Shown here: positions 1 through 12,420 of the stretch, piece after piece
How positions within the stretch are numbered: the stretch's first letter is position 1
Layout: each line of letters starts with the position of its first letter
From: Macrostomum lignano
Taxonomy: Eukaryota
NCBI GenBank assembly: GCA_002269645.1
Contig: NIVC01001048.1
Location: 1-64,000 of the forward strand
Reading direction: 5' to 3'
DNA length: 64,000 bases
Made by a program: the position numbers and the translations under genes
The notes under the pieces: model-generated
The model's input: the letters and a program-made list of their open reading frames with translations, nothing else
Database searches by the model: none
What the model was told of the DNA's origin: nothing

Positions 1-3000
1 CTCGTCCAGATGCAGCGCCAGATTCGACAGAGACTCAACAAAGCTTGGCAGATTGACAGTCGCTCATCCGAGCTGTCGCTCTCCGCAGTGAACAGATCCT
101 CGGCCCGTTGAACCACATCGGCGTACACCTGCCGCATGTCTGGCGGCGCCAGCAGCTTCTTGGCGGCCTCGGCGAAATAACCGAACCCGCGAACAGCCAC
201 GGACACGGTCTTCCAGCTGTAGCCGTCGAGTCCAGGATCTGGCGAATTGTTGCAGAAAGAACAGGAACAGCTTCTTCTGGGCTGGCGTGGCCGACTCGGC
301 GCTGGCAGCCGAGAACGCCGCGGTGGACAACGGATTTGACGAAGGCATCGAATGCCAGCATGCCGACGTGCATCAGGTCGCGATTGTGGTGCGTGCTCCA
401 GCGAAAGAACTGCTCGAATAGTTACCTGGCAGTTTCATAGAGCGGCTCTTATTTGAATTTTGCTGACATGTCAAGGCTGAGTGGTCAGAGGCTAAGTGAA
501 GTTTGTTCAAAAAATTACTACATTCTTTGTTGTCTCCAACGGAGGGTACTGATTGCTAGTCATAAACTAACTAGAATTTCAATAATAAATCTGGAATTCC
601 CTAATCACAAACCCAGAATTCCCCTAATCATAAACCAAGAATTCCCTTAGTCCTTAACCTAGAATTCCCCTAATCATAAACTTATTATAGAATTCCCTAA
701 AATTACAAACCTAGAATTCCCCTAATCAAAAATCTTTTAATGCCCTTAAGCATAAACCTAGAATTCCCCTAATCATAAAACCAAGAATTCCCCTAGTCCT
801 TAACCTAGAATTCCCCTAATCATAAACCAAGAATTCCCCTAGTCCTTAACCTAGAATTCCCCTAATCATAAACCAAGAATTCCCCTAGTCCTTAACCTAG
901 AATTCCCTAATCATAAACTTATTATAGAATTCCCTAAATTACAAACCTAGAGAATTCCCCTAGTCATAAATCTATAATGCCCTTAAGCATAAACCAAGAA
1001 TTCCCCTAGTCATAAATCTATAATGCCCTTAAGCATAAACCTAGAATTCCCCTAGTCATAAATCTATAATGCCCTTAAGCATAAACCTAGAATTCCCCTA
1101 ATCTTAAACCAAGAATTCCCCTAATCAAAAATCTTTAATGCCCTTAAGCATAAACCTAGAATTCCCCTAGTCATAAATCTATAATGCCCTTAAGCATAAA
1201 CCTAGAATTCCCTAGTCATAAATCTATAATGCCCTTAAGCATAAACCTAGAATTCCCCTAGTCATAGATCTATAATGCCCTTAAGCATAAACCTAGAATT
1301 CCCCTAATCTTAAACCAAGAATTCCCCTAGTCAAACCTCATAGTTAGCAGCCAGGAATGCAGAAAACACAGAGCAGTGGTTGGCAAACAGCAGCAATGCC
1401 TGTTTTGGCGCCTCGTATCGCTGATAATTCTTGCCTGCAATCACCTTCACTGCCAGGTGATAGACCTGCTTCAGGTCCGGCTCTAAAAAGGTTGAAGACA
1501 CAACATAAAATTGATGCTTAATGCAGAAAAACAAATCAAATTAAACAACAAACCTTCCAACGAAAAGTGGCAAAAATAATTGGACAGAAACTCGAACAGG
1601 CTGGCAATCACGGCAAATTGTACTTTAGTATGGTCCGATTTAATCTGGAAATACAATATTATAGTAAACCACTAATTTAGCTACTATAAGTAGCAAAACG
1701 AACAAAAACTAATCGAATTGTTTTAAAAAAGAAATATTACTTTTTGAACCAAGGATTTTACAACGTTGGCGGATATTTTTACAGCAACCGGTTGGAATTC
1801 TTCGGGATAGTACTTGCAGATGCTGCCCAGTGCGCGGTAAAGGCCTTGCGTCACTGAAATTTATTTGAGGTCAACTTTACTTATAAAGAAGCACTACAAT
1901 TTATTTTCAAATTCTTATATAACACCCTAAAGTTGATCAGTCAGAATTTGATCAGATGACTCTCCCTGAAGTGAACCAGTCCCTTCAGACACACTCTCCC
2001 TGAAGTGAACCAGTCCCTTCAGACACACTCTCCCTGAAGTGAACCAGTCCCTTCAGACACACTCTCCCAGAAGTCCGCCAGTGCCCTCAGCACACTGTCT
2101 GCAAAACACTCCAGATAATATAAAAAACAGAACTGAGTCAAACTACTTTCAAACCGGTACCCACCGCCTTCGCTAGTCTGCCGCTGGCCAACTTCCAGGC
2201 GCAGTCTCTCGCAGAGCTGTCCAACATTCAACTGATTGCCGTCCACCGAGGAGCCGACTGCGTGCTTGAAACAAATCGACAGGCAGTTCAAAGAGGCGAT
2301 GCGAACTTTTGCGCTGCTGATACTCAAGAATAGCAGCGACTCTGCCAAGCACTGCAGTTGGGGTTGAGAATGCGTCCTTCACTGACTGCTGCTACCCTCC
2401 CCTGTGTCCTTCACTGACTGCTGCTACCCTCCCTTGTGTCCTTCACTGACTGCTGCTACCCTCCCCTGTGTCCTTCACTGACTGCTGCTACCCTCCCCTG
2501 TGTCCTTTACTGACTGCTGCTACCCTCCCTTGTGTCCTTCACTGACTGCTGCTACCCTCCCCTGTGTCCTTCACTGACTGCTGCTACCCTCCCTTGTGTC
2601 CTTCACTGACTGCTGCTACCCTCCCCTGTGTCCTTCACTGACTGCTGCTACCCTCCCTTGTGTCCTTCACTGACTGCTGCTACCCTCCCCTGTGTCCTTC
2701 ACTGACTGCTGCTACCCTCCCTTGTGTCCTTCACTGACTGCTGCTACCCTCCCCTGTGTCCTTCACTGACTGCTGCTACCCTCCCCTGTGTCCTTCACTG
2801 ACTGCTGCTACCCTCCCCTGTGTCCTTCACTGACTGCTGCTACCCTCCCCTGTGTCCTTCACTGACTGCTGCTACCCTCCCCTATGTCCTTCACTGACTG
2901 CTGCAATACAACCAGTTAGGCAACCCCATAACCCTACCTTGACTTTAGGCAGCGATGTAGCCAAGAGTGCAGGCGACTGGGCAATAAGTTTTGTAAGAAA

Positions 3001-5803
3001 ATCCAATCCATCTTTTTTGGCATCTTCAGACTATAAATTACAAGATGAAAAGCTATTTTGTATTAAAAAATGGATTAGCAAATATTTTTTGTTGAATTTA
3101 TCTGCATAAACAAAATTCTTACCACTTCTTTGGACTGAAGTCTATATACCAGCCTTCTGGTTCATCAAAGAGAATCGCTAGGTCTGTAGGAAGATATAGA
3201 TGGAGCTATTAGTTACAGCATTTGATAGGAAAATAATTCACCTTGATTCAATACACCATTATATTTAATAATAACAAACTGTACAGTATAAAGGTGGGTC
3301 AAGACAGTAGGTAGATTTCAAAAGAGCCAAGTATGAAACGAAGGGAGAGAGAAAATGGGCACAGCACTGCTCACAGCTCTCTTAGCTCACGCTCCACCCC
3401 ATTGCCAGCTAGCTGCACATTCAAGTTGGGTTTGTGCATTCTGATATACGAAGCTTCAATAATCTTAAGCTTATGGTTAAATTTGCACCCATCAAGCACT
3501 TCAAAGAGCTGAATTGGTTCACTGTCACAACATCTTTTTACAAACAAGCAATGGTTATTAATTGCAGGCTTTTTAGCCAGTGCCTAGACTAAAATGCTTG
3601 ATCCAGAGCAGCGAAATTGGTACACAACACCAACCCTTAGAGCAAGTGGAACAGCTGACTTGAGCCTGCTAGCATAGTGACCAATCTTTTCAATCCTAAT
3701 GGTGCATTTAAACCATTTGCTAAACATTTTTTAAGTTTTTTTTCTAAATTCAAGCAAAATGTCACCAAAAAATGGGAGAACCAACAGAGTATCCCAGGAA
3801 TCCATTTCTGGTTGCTTGGATCCCACATTGTTGGAAACTTTCTTGGTGACAAATGGATTGATAATATGGCTGACAAAACTGAGAGGGTAACTGCTGGATC
3901 TGAGGATTTTTGTCAGGGTACAAACCTCTTTGTGGAATAAACTCCAATAATTACTCAACTATTAGGCTCTGTAAAGGAGGCACTAGACTAACCCAACTTT
4001 CCAGTGAGATGGACATAAAGCATGGAAATTTAACATCAGCCTACTAAGCATAGGTAACTAGGTTTATAGTAAACTTCCATAAGAAGACAGTGTCCAAAGC
4101 AGTCAACCTCAATATCGAGAAAAGCGAGATTCTTCCCTCCACCCTCAATGGTGAACTTGATGTTTGGGTAGGTAGAGTTGATAATAGTAAGAAACTTATG
4201 GTCTTTTTTATTGTCAAAAATAGCAAAAGCCATCAGCCATTAAGAATGAATAGATGAAACTCCACAATGCCCCGCAGTTTTATAAGCATTATATTGACAA
4301 TACTTTTGCTATTTTTGCTCTAGTCTTAATAGAGTCATTGTTGAATACAATTAAGCATAATTATTATTTTAACTATTATCTTAACTTCCTAAATAAGCAT
4401 AAGAAACTTAAACTACAAATTGAACAAATTGACAATATTAAACCTTACTAGTGTTCCACCATAGCTACAGTTATGACTATGGGATCTTATGGCAAACATG
4501 GTAAAATAGTTGCTTATGGCAACTATGGATATGCCTATGGTAGATAGCTGCTGCTACAGCTACAACTACGGAAATATAGTAGTTGCTGTCACATTCTGTA
4601 GATTCTTATAGCCATAGTTATAAATTCAAAAATGAAAAATTTTTAGAAACAGGTACAGTAAAACAAAGATACTTTGGTAAACTTTATCATAGATTTATAA
4701 CTTATAAATTATATCTAATAGAGTACAATAGAAGACTAGCAAATTCTAACTTTAAATAATATGAAAAATTTCTATTGATCTTTTACCTAATTAACTAGAA
4801 ATGTGAACATATTAACGAATACACTATACTTTACCATAGAAAAAAGTTCACTAGGTGCTAGTTTGCTATTATTGTATTGTATATATATTTTTTTTATTAA
4901 AAACTTTCTTTCATTAGATTAAGGTTATATAATTCAGAATCCTGACTTTTTATAGTGCAAATAAACAAATTTGGCCAATAAATGCTTTCTTAGTGTCTCT
5001 TCTGCTTTTATACATGTCTTGCAATATTAGTAACACAACTCCTATGTTTAACACTGCTAGTTTGATGATTTGTTTTGCAAAAAAAAATTTCTGTCCAAAA
5101 GACCCTTGCAGTCATTTAAGTACTAGGATATATCTTTCCAATTCAAAGTATTTTATTTCTGAGAACTTTTGTCAAAACTACAGCTATAGCTAAGGCTATG
5201 GGAATATGGTAATATAGGAGTCCCTATGGCTTATAGAATATAGAGAATTGGAATAAGCCATAGTTTTGCTTATGGCTAGGCCTATAGCTATGGTAGATAG
5301 ACCCCCCCCGGCCCCTTATGGCAAAACACTAAACCTTACACTACCGTACCAATTAACACTGTTTCTGATAGAAAAAATACTTTGGTTGCATTTTCTTTCC
5401 ATCATATCTAAGATCTTTAATTGAGGCAAGAAAAATATCTATTAGCCTATTAATTTGAAGCTTAATAAAAATTTGAAAATTATATTGGCTTATGATCTAT
5501 ATATAGGCCTACTAAATTTTCTAGCATTAGGGCCTAATATAGACAAAACTAGGCCTGAGCGATGATATATTGCACAAATAGTCCATGTGATAACTAGGCA
5601 AGGCTAAGTTACTATGACTTAATAATAGACATATACAATTATAATATAATATATAGTATAGTAGACTTACATTTATTATGTTTGAAAACTTCATTTGAGC
5701 TTGCAAACTCGTTGAAAATAACATTGAATAAAGCTTTAGATTCTTTTAGCTCTGGGTCTTTTAAAAATTTGTCAATGACAAATCTGATATCATCTGAACT
5801 CAT
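1..5803 (-). CDS. PRKDC: DNA-dependent protein kinase catalytic subunit, N-terminal part (8 exons; gene continues beyond position 1)
   Basis: Exons 5803-5671, 3183-3123, 3030-2938, 2351-2165, 1853-1741, 1644-1554, 1482-1337, 425-<1, all with AG/GT boundaries. Phases are compatible if single-base indels are allowed in 3183-3123 and 425-1. Peptides are colinear with DNA-PKcs as I recall it: DAKKDGLDFLTKLI~CREEILKFLCIFL; AKVRIASLNCL~AKCKIPALDLL; QRYEAPKQALLLFANHCSVF~[32 protein letters not shown]~LSIAIRGYGLFA; NLPSFVESL~QMPSFLQSV. Exon 1 (MSSDDIRF...) is assigned on open frame, gtaagt donor and phase only. Confidence 0.88.
580..1330. repeat. AT-rich intronic minisatellite (core aaacctagaattcccct, ~22-46-bp units)
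   Basis: Repeated core visible throughout; lies in the PRKDC intron 426-1336. Confidence 0.9.
1959..2070. repeat. 34-bp tandem repeat, ~3 copies
   Basis: actctccctgaagtgaaccagtcccttcagacac repeated; intronic in PRKDC. Confidence 0.9.
2375..2903. repeat. 32-bp minisatellite, ~16 copies
   Basis: tgtgtccttcactgactgctgctaccctcccc repeated; intronic in PRKDC. Confidence 0.95.
3371..4322 (-). mobile_element. Degenerate Penelope-like element (RT thumb + GIY-YIG endonuclease), 5' end inverted
   Basis: Minus strand reads FAIF..FLTIINSTYPNIKFTIE..LAFLDIEV..VYYKP; FHKEVCTLTKILRSSSYP; LVLPFFG; GVVYQFRCSG; LKIIEASYIRMHKPNLNVQ then stop (3371-3373). The YxDD remnant PQFYKHYIDNTFAIF is on the plus strand at ~4270-4320. 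Confidence 0.85.
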
Positions 5804-6337
5804 TGAAGTGGTAGGTCTAGGCCGATACGACGGTCCAGTTGATTGTATAAGTCAACTATAACAGACAAATTTATCAGGGTTAGACAGCAACAATGAATGA
5901 AGAGGGTCGGTCCAGTCCAGTTTAAACTACCCTATAGAGTTTAAATCGATGACGATTTTAAACTGTCTGAAATAATATTAGGGTCGGTTAGTTAGTCAGT
6001 TAGTAGAGCTATTTAAAAAGCCATCCACTAATTTTGACATTTGTTACACTTTTCTGTCAGCTGCCAGCAATATAAAAGTACAGCAAGGTTTTAAAATGCG
6101 ATAGAGTTAATGCATTCATGTACTCAGCGCAAAAAACGCACGGACTAAAAAAAAATTGCCGGCTGATTAACAATATTAAATTTCGTAAAAAAGTTCATTC
6201 ATAAAGCTAATAAGTAACAATTCATATCCATCAAGTGCTTTTAATAAATATGAAAATTCCTACTAGAAGCAGCACACATATTCTTAGTAGCAAAACTTAT
6301 TAAATTAAGTACCTTTTGTTATTCATTGCGCGAAAAT

Positions 6338-6679
6338 TATTATTATTATTATTATAGTTACGCCCCACGCCAGCCACGGGAGTGGCCAAGAAGGGGGAGC
6401 GTCAAATCGCGCGTTTCAGAGCCAGGTCTCTAATGTGCTTCACACCGGCCGTCTGGCTGGGTGCTCGCGCATCTTCAAAAAGGCGGTCGACGTAGCGGGC
6501 TGACCGCCCCTGACCACGTCTGCGCGGTCCCTGCGGGGTCCACATCAGGACGTCCTGCAGCGGCTCTGGGCAGTAGGCTTCGGCCCGGATGACATGTCCG
6601 GCAAGCCGCAGGCGCCGCTGACTCAGCAGGGCAGAAGGCCGCGTCAGGCCTGTGCGTTTGTACAGGGACTCGGTTGTCT
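6338..6679 (-). mobile_element. 5'-truncated RTE-like LINE, (TAA)n tail, 9-bp TSD
   Basis: Minus frame ...RRLRLAGHVIRAEAYCPEPLQDVLMWTPQGPRRRGQGRSARYVDRL...KRAI*; (taa)n tail; cgcgaaaat at 6329-6337 and 6680-6688. Confidence 0.85.
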
Positions 6680-8531
6680 CGCGAAAATATATAGGTCAAT
6701 AAGTTCCTAACATGCATGAGTATTCAGCTAAGACAGCCCTTGCTATTTATTAGTATTGATTTTAAATAATTAAGCTTGTATTCTCAAAATTTTGCTTGCG
6801 CACATGGCACAAACAATGAAAAACGCTGTCGATTTTTAGGGCTTTTGTAGTAGGTGGGGTTTTGTGGCGCACATGACACATATCACTCTCGCGATCATGG
6901 CCGCATTTTGATTCATCTCACAATCATCTATAAACATACAGGGTTAGAAAAAATTGGAAAAAAGAAACGAAATTTCGTTTTTTTCGTTGCTCGAATCAGT
7001 TATTTAATACATGTACATGAAATTTATGAAGCCAGTCAACTTTACGTGCGTAGGACACAACTCTCAACGTCTTTTTCAGCCTTTTGCTGAGAATTTTATG
7101 GCTTTAATCAAAAATGTTACCACAGTCCAAGGGAGAAATTCAAGCTACATTTTTCGTGTGGGTTTTTAAGTCACTCGCGTTCAGGAAAAGAGAAAGCTAT
7201 ACTAGCTACCTGATCATGTCCCATGGCTTCTGTTAAAAGTCCTCGACTTTCCTCGCAGCAGAAGCCAAATTGCTCTTCTACAAGTTTGAATTAAATAAAA
7301 TTTGCCATAAAATCTTTTTGACTCTTGACATTTTAAAATAATTCCGAGCTAAAGCACTTGAAAAAGTACTCAACCTTCTCAAAACAAAAATATTGCGCAA
7401 ACGCTGTATTGAAGCTAATAATTAATCAATCATACATGTATATGCATACAACCATACAACAAAAGCATATACTGACTTATTAAAGTAATATTTTGGTGTA
7501 CACAGAAAGTGAAAGGAAAAAATAACTCAGTTATTTTTCAGTCATAAGGCAATCTGGCTGTACTATTTTTATAAAAAGGATTACGCTTGAGATGCTTTAA
7601 AAGTACAATAGAACTTAAATTAAAAGAACGACCTCTATTAACAGCAGACACGAGCGTCACAGCTAAATCCCGACAACCCTGATCAGCTTCGGATGGGGAA
7701 AACCAGCTGTACGATTCTTTTGTCCGCGCCTGTGTGGAATACTGCTTACTAATTACGTCCTCTTCTGGGCATTCATCAAAGAAATTTTCGACAGCCAGCT
7801 TCTGTCGTTTACCAAACTGTCCCACGGTTCTCTATCCCGAAATACTCCAGCCGTCTCAGATCGTCAGCGAGCACGGCGAACTCTTAGATCGCGAGGCAGC
7901 TAGAGAGCGGCGTAGGCTGGGCTGCGACTGCATTTTAGGGGCGACTCTCCAGACTCCCTATTTAGAAGCAACAGCCAGCCTTGTGCGCACGCTCTTCTTT
8001 CTCAACCTCCCTTCTTTCTGTCCATCAGCCGTCAAGCAGCTCGTTCACATAGACGAGCGAGCCTGCAGCAGGCGAGAGGACGGGGCTTCCCATCGGCTCT
8101 CGCTCTGCGCGCACCTACAGTATACAGTGCTGCTGCTGTTGCTGCTCAAATACTAGAGGAGATCGGCCTGAGCGAGCCAGTTGCCAGGAGATGGCGAGCA
8201 AGAAAGAGAAAGGGGAACACTAGGACGTTACTAGCTGACATTCTCCTCTTCCTACTGTCCTTCCACGAAGCAGTCATGGCTCTACTCTGTCTCACTCCTC
8301 CTCTCCCTTTCTGTCCCTCTCGCCATTCGCTCAGCCTATTGGCTTGCACAGGTTTCTAGCGTGCGATGGCTCGCAGATTTTGTCTTTAAATGTCGCTCAG
8401 CGCTTAGTCGCACGCGCAGCTTCTCTAGCAATCGTGATCAACGACGGACTGCCTTTAAAATTAAAGCACAATCTAGCAACTATTTAGCTAGTAAGCCTTT
8501 GTTGGAGCCGAACTACAAGGCCCAACAAAGC

Positions 8532-9965
8532 ATGTCACACCGACCCGAACAGGAGCATCGCTTGCTGGCCTCTTCAAGTCTCGATGCCAACGGCAGGTTG
8601 TCGCAACAATCCAGACCGCTGTCGCGGCTACTTGGCTGCTTCACGCACAGCTGGGACCTGGCCGAATCAGTGGCCGACAGTCTCGCCCAGTGCATCCAGT
8701 GCGGCAACACGAGCGGCTTAGAGCGGATTCTGCAGAAACTGCCAGTACCGCCAGCGCAGGTCAGGTTAACTGTGAAACGTCGTCATCTAAGTCCGGATTT
8801 CGTCACTTGGACCAATCGGAATCAGGATCCGTTTCTGCACTTCCACCAGGAGTGCTCGCCGGTGGTGTGGGCGGTGGACAATGAGCAGTGGCAGATGCTG
8901 CCAGTGCTGGCCCGCTACGGCTTCGATCCCAACCGACCAACCAACTGCCGGCGCTGGTGCTTCCCGAACTCGTCCAGCAATCGCGCCCCGATTGTGCCCT
9001 ACAAGAAGTTCTGGACAAGAGGCCGGTACACCTATCAGTCTGCGCTCGACTATTACTTCGGCTCCATCTACGAGTTCTTGGACGAGGAGGCGCAGAGCGC
9101 AACAGCGCCGCGTGCCAGCTGCTCCGCGCCGTCTTCGTTTCACCACTTCTTCCAGCAGCTGCCGCAGCTGCTGCTCCGCGGACTCGACGTTCACCGCATC
9201 GACTCCATCATGCTGTTCAACTCGCTCGGCTTCTCCCTCAACCGGTATCTCACCCGGTACACGAACCCGAACAACACTGTGCCGGATCTGCCGGAGCTTA
9301 GGAACAGCTGCGCCGAGTTGTACACGGTTCAAGCCCTGACTCGATCCGGTTTCTCCCAGTTCGAATGCCTCGAATTCTTGTCGTCTTCGCACAGTCTGCT
9401 CGGAACTCTGATCTGCCTGCTGTGCCATCCGCGTCTCGACTCGTTTGCCGACCTCGAACTGCCGCCAATTATCCGCGAGGCCGCCCTGCTGCTCATCAAC
9501 CTGCTCAGCCTGCGCCCGCTGCATCCGACTTGCGACGAGATTCGCGACAGTCTGGAGAACCAATCGCTGCGCAGGCTGTACGCCAAGCGCTACTGGGAGC
9601 GCCGGCAGCAGTTCAGAGCCAACCTGGGCCAGCTGACGGCCGCCTGCAAGGAAATGTCGGCCGATAAGCAGCCGATGTCGCTGTGCCTGCTGGCCAGGAA
9701 CGCCGTCCGGCGTCGAATTGGCGGCGCCAACTTCCTGACGCGGGTTCGCCGCCTGCCCGACTGTCCGGCCGAGGTGGGCGCCTTCATCTCCTACTTGGAC
9801 ACCGACTGCCTGCGGATGCTGCACCGAATCCCGTCCACCCTGCTGATGCTGGCCAAAGGAGTGAATCCGTTCGGACGACTGCGCGAAGGTCAAAGCGACG
9901 CCAACGGCGATGACAATAAAGATCACTGCGCTGACAATGGCGGAGTGCCAGAAACGAGGCAATAA
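8532..9965 (+). CDS. Intronless ankyrin-like repeat and SOCS-box protein (ASB-like), ~477 aa
   Basis: Long GC-rich ORF, first in-frame ATG at 8532. Ankyrin-like SPVVWAVDNEQWQMLPVLARYGFDPN; C-terminal SOCS box PMSLCLLARNAVRRRIG...VRRLPDCPAEVGAFISYL. Confidence 0.75.
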   Translation: MSHRPEQEHRLLASSSLDANGRLSQQSRPLSRLLGCFTHSWDLAESVADSLAQCIQCGNTSGLERILQKLPVPPAQVRLTVKRRHLSPDFVTWTNRNQDPFLHFHQECSPVVWAVDNEQWQMLPVLARYGFDPNRPTNCRRWCFPNSSSNRAPIVPYKKFWTRGRYTYQSALDYYFGSIYEFLDEEAQSATAPRASCSAPSSFHHFFQQLPQLLLRGLDVHRIDSIMLFNSLGFSLNRYLTRYTNPNNTVPDLPELRNSCAELYTVQALTRSGFSQFECLEFLSSSHSLLGTLICLLCHPRLDSFADLELPPIIREAALLLINLLSLRPLHPTCDEIRDSLENQSLRRLYAKRYWERRQQFRANLGQLTAACKEMSADKQPMSLCLLARNAVRRRIGGANFLTRVRRLPDCPAEVGAFISYLDTDCLRMLHRIPSTLLMLAKGVNPFGRLREGQSDANGDDNKDHCADNGGVPETRQ

Positions 9966-10533
9966 AACTGTACCGGCTTGTCCTCGGCCTGACGAACCAT
10001 TTGAGCGTAAAGCGAATTTTTTCGCAATGTCGTTTTGTCTGTCCGGCCCAGGTGTGTTTTTGCTTGTCTGTTCATCTCTGTATTGTTCGTCTGTCTGCAC
10101 ATCTGAGTCTCTGTCTGCATCATTTTCGCCAATCTAACATTAGGCTCATCGAATTAACCCAGCAACCGTGTCTTTAAATCATTTTGCTTTGTAACAACCC
10201 TGCGAATAACTACAGTGTAACTGTTAATTTTAAGGCCACGCGTTACACGTATTTTCACAAAGACATGAAGTCTCTGATGGTCATAAAACATTTTAATTAT
10301 TCATAATTTTCGGCTTGTGTCACACAGACTGTGTCATCAATGTAATGCGCTGTTTTTGTCTGCTTTTTGGCCATGAAAGTTAGCTAACTTTTCTCCCGAT
10401 TTATAAAGTACACATCTATTTTTTCTGTCCTGTGCATACCCGAACCAAATACAAAACCGATGCGATGGCTAAAGTCAAAGTAAGTTGGATGTTCCAATAA
10501 GGTAGAAATGTCAGCTAAAAAATTATAAGACAG

Positions 10534-11147
10534 GTGTCAGATGTCAGATGCAGTGGACTGGGGTGTCAGATGTCAGATGCAGTGGACTGGGGTGTCAGAT
10601 GTCAGATGCAGTGGACTGGGGTGTCAGATGTCAGATGCAGTGGACTGGGGTGTCAGATGTCAGATGCAGTGGACTGGCGTGTCAGATGTCAGATGCAGTG
10701 GACTGGGGTGTCAGATATCAGATGCAGTGGACTGGCGTGTCAGATGTCAGATGCAGTGGACTGGGGTGTCAGATGTCAGATGCAGTGGACTGGGGTGTCA
10801 GATGTCAGATGCAGTGGACTGGGGTGTCAGATGTCAGATGCAGTGGACTGGCGTGTCAGATGTCAGATGCAGTGGACTGGGGTGTCAGATATCAGATGCA
10901 GTGGACTGGCGTGTCAGATGTCAGATGCAGTGGACTGGCGTGTCAGATGTCAGATGCAGTGGACTGGGGTGTCAGATATCAGATGCAGTGGACTGGCGTG
11001 TCAGATGTCAGATGCAGTGGACTGGCGTGTCAGATGTCAGATGCAGTGGACTGGGGTGTCAGATGTCAGATGCAGTGGACTGGGGTGTCAGATGTCAGAT
11101 GCAGTGGACTGGGGTGTCAGATGTCAGATGCAGTGGACTGGGGTGTC
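10534..11147. repeat. 29-bp minisatellite, ~21 copies
   Basis: ggggtgtcagatgtcagatgcagtggact repeated. Confidence 0.95.
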
Positions 11148-11544
11148 ATGTACCTAACGCATGTTAGGAACTCAGAATTTCAGGAAAGCTGAATGGCGAA
11201 TTGCGGAGCAAAATGAGTTCACACGTCATTCGTTCATACGAGTACCCACCCGCAAGCTGCTCAAATGCTTGACATTACAGAGCATTGAGTTACAAATACT
11301 CGCATTAGCGCTCCCTAATTATCGTGCCTTGGTCGTTAGAACATGTTAGCTATTCATTATCGATATGCTACTTGCAATATAGCTGCTACAAAACTAAACA
11401 ATGGTTTAAACTCGTAACTGTCAACTAAAAAATTAAGGACACACTTCAGATACTTGAAGAACTTTGGCTTTCTAAATAATACATGTACATTACAAAGATC
11501 TGCACCACATTTTTAGACAAAGCAACCGAAGGATCTAGGACGCT

Positions 11545-12420
11545 GGCCCAGCAACTGGGAATCTGGGAGGCCTGGCCTAGCAACTGAGGATCTGGGAGGC
11601 TGACCCAGTAACAGGATCTGGGAGGCTGACCCAGTAACTGAGGATCTGGGAGGCTGGCCCAGTAACTGGGAATCTGGGAGGCCTGGCCTAGCAACTGAGG
11701 ATCTGGGAGGCTGACCCAGTAACAGGATCTGGGAGGCTGACCCAGTAACTGAGGATCTGGGAGGCTGGCCCAGTAACTGAGGATCTGGGGGGCTGGCCCA
11801 GCAACTGAGGATCTGGGAGGCTGGCCCAGTAACTGAGGATCTGGGAGGCTGGCCCAGTAACTGAGGATCTGGGAGGCTGGCCCAGCAACTGAGGATCTGG
11901 GAGGCTGGCCCAGCAACTGAGGATCTGGGAGGCTGGCCCAGCAACTGAGGATCTGGGAGGCTGGCCCAGCAACTTGGGATCTGGGAGGCTGGCCCAGCAA
12001 CTGAGGATCTGGGGGGCTGGCCCAGTAACTGAGGATCTGGGAGGCTGGCCCAGTAACTGAGGATCTGGGGGGCTGGCCCAGCAACTGAGGATCTGGGAGG
12101 CTGGCCCAGCAACTGAGGATCTGGGAGTCTGGCCCAGCAACTTGGGATCTGGGAGGCTGGCCCAGCAACTGAGGATCTGGGGGGCTGGCCCAGCAACTGA
12201 GGATCTGGGAGGCTGGCCCAGCAACTGAGGATCTGGGAGGCTGGCCCAGCAACTGAGGATCTGGGGGCTGGCCCAGCAACTGAGGATCTGGGAGGCTGGC
12301 CCAGCAACTGAGGATCTGGGAGGCTGGCCCAGCAACTGAGGATCTGGGGGGCTGGCCCAGCAACTGAAGATCTGGGAGGCTGGCCCAGTAACTGAGGATC
12401 TGGGAGGCTGACCCAGCAAC
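11545..12420. repeat. 28-bp minisatellite, ~31 copies
   Basis: gaggatctgggaggctggcccagcaact repeated. Confidence 0.95.

Noticed and set aside
6750-7830. Possible small multi-exon gene on the minus strand
   Set aside because: Some AG/GT-bounded open segments (e.g. ~7282-7214), but phases did not chain unambiguously and there is no homology.
8787-10100. 437-aa minus-strand ORF
   Set aside because: Antisense shadow of the GC-rich SOCS-box gene; no motifs.
10475-11349. ATG GCT AAA GTC AAA followed by gtaagt (RPL35-like start) and possible exons between satellites
   Set aside because: No downstream RPL35 sequence; I could not assemble a consistent spliced frame.
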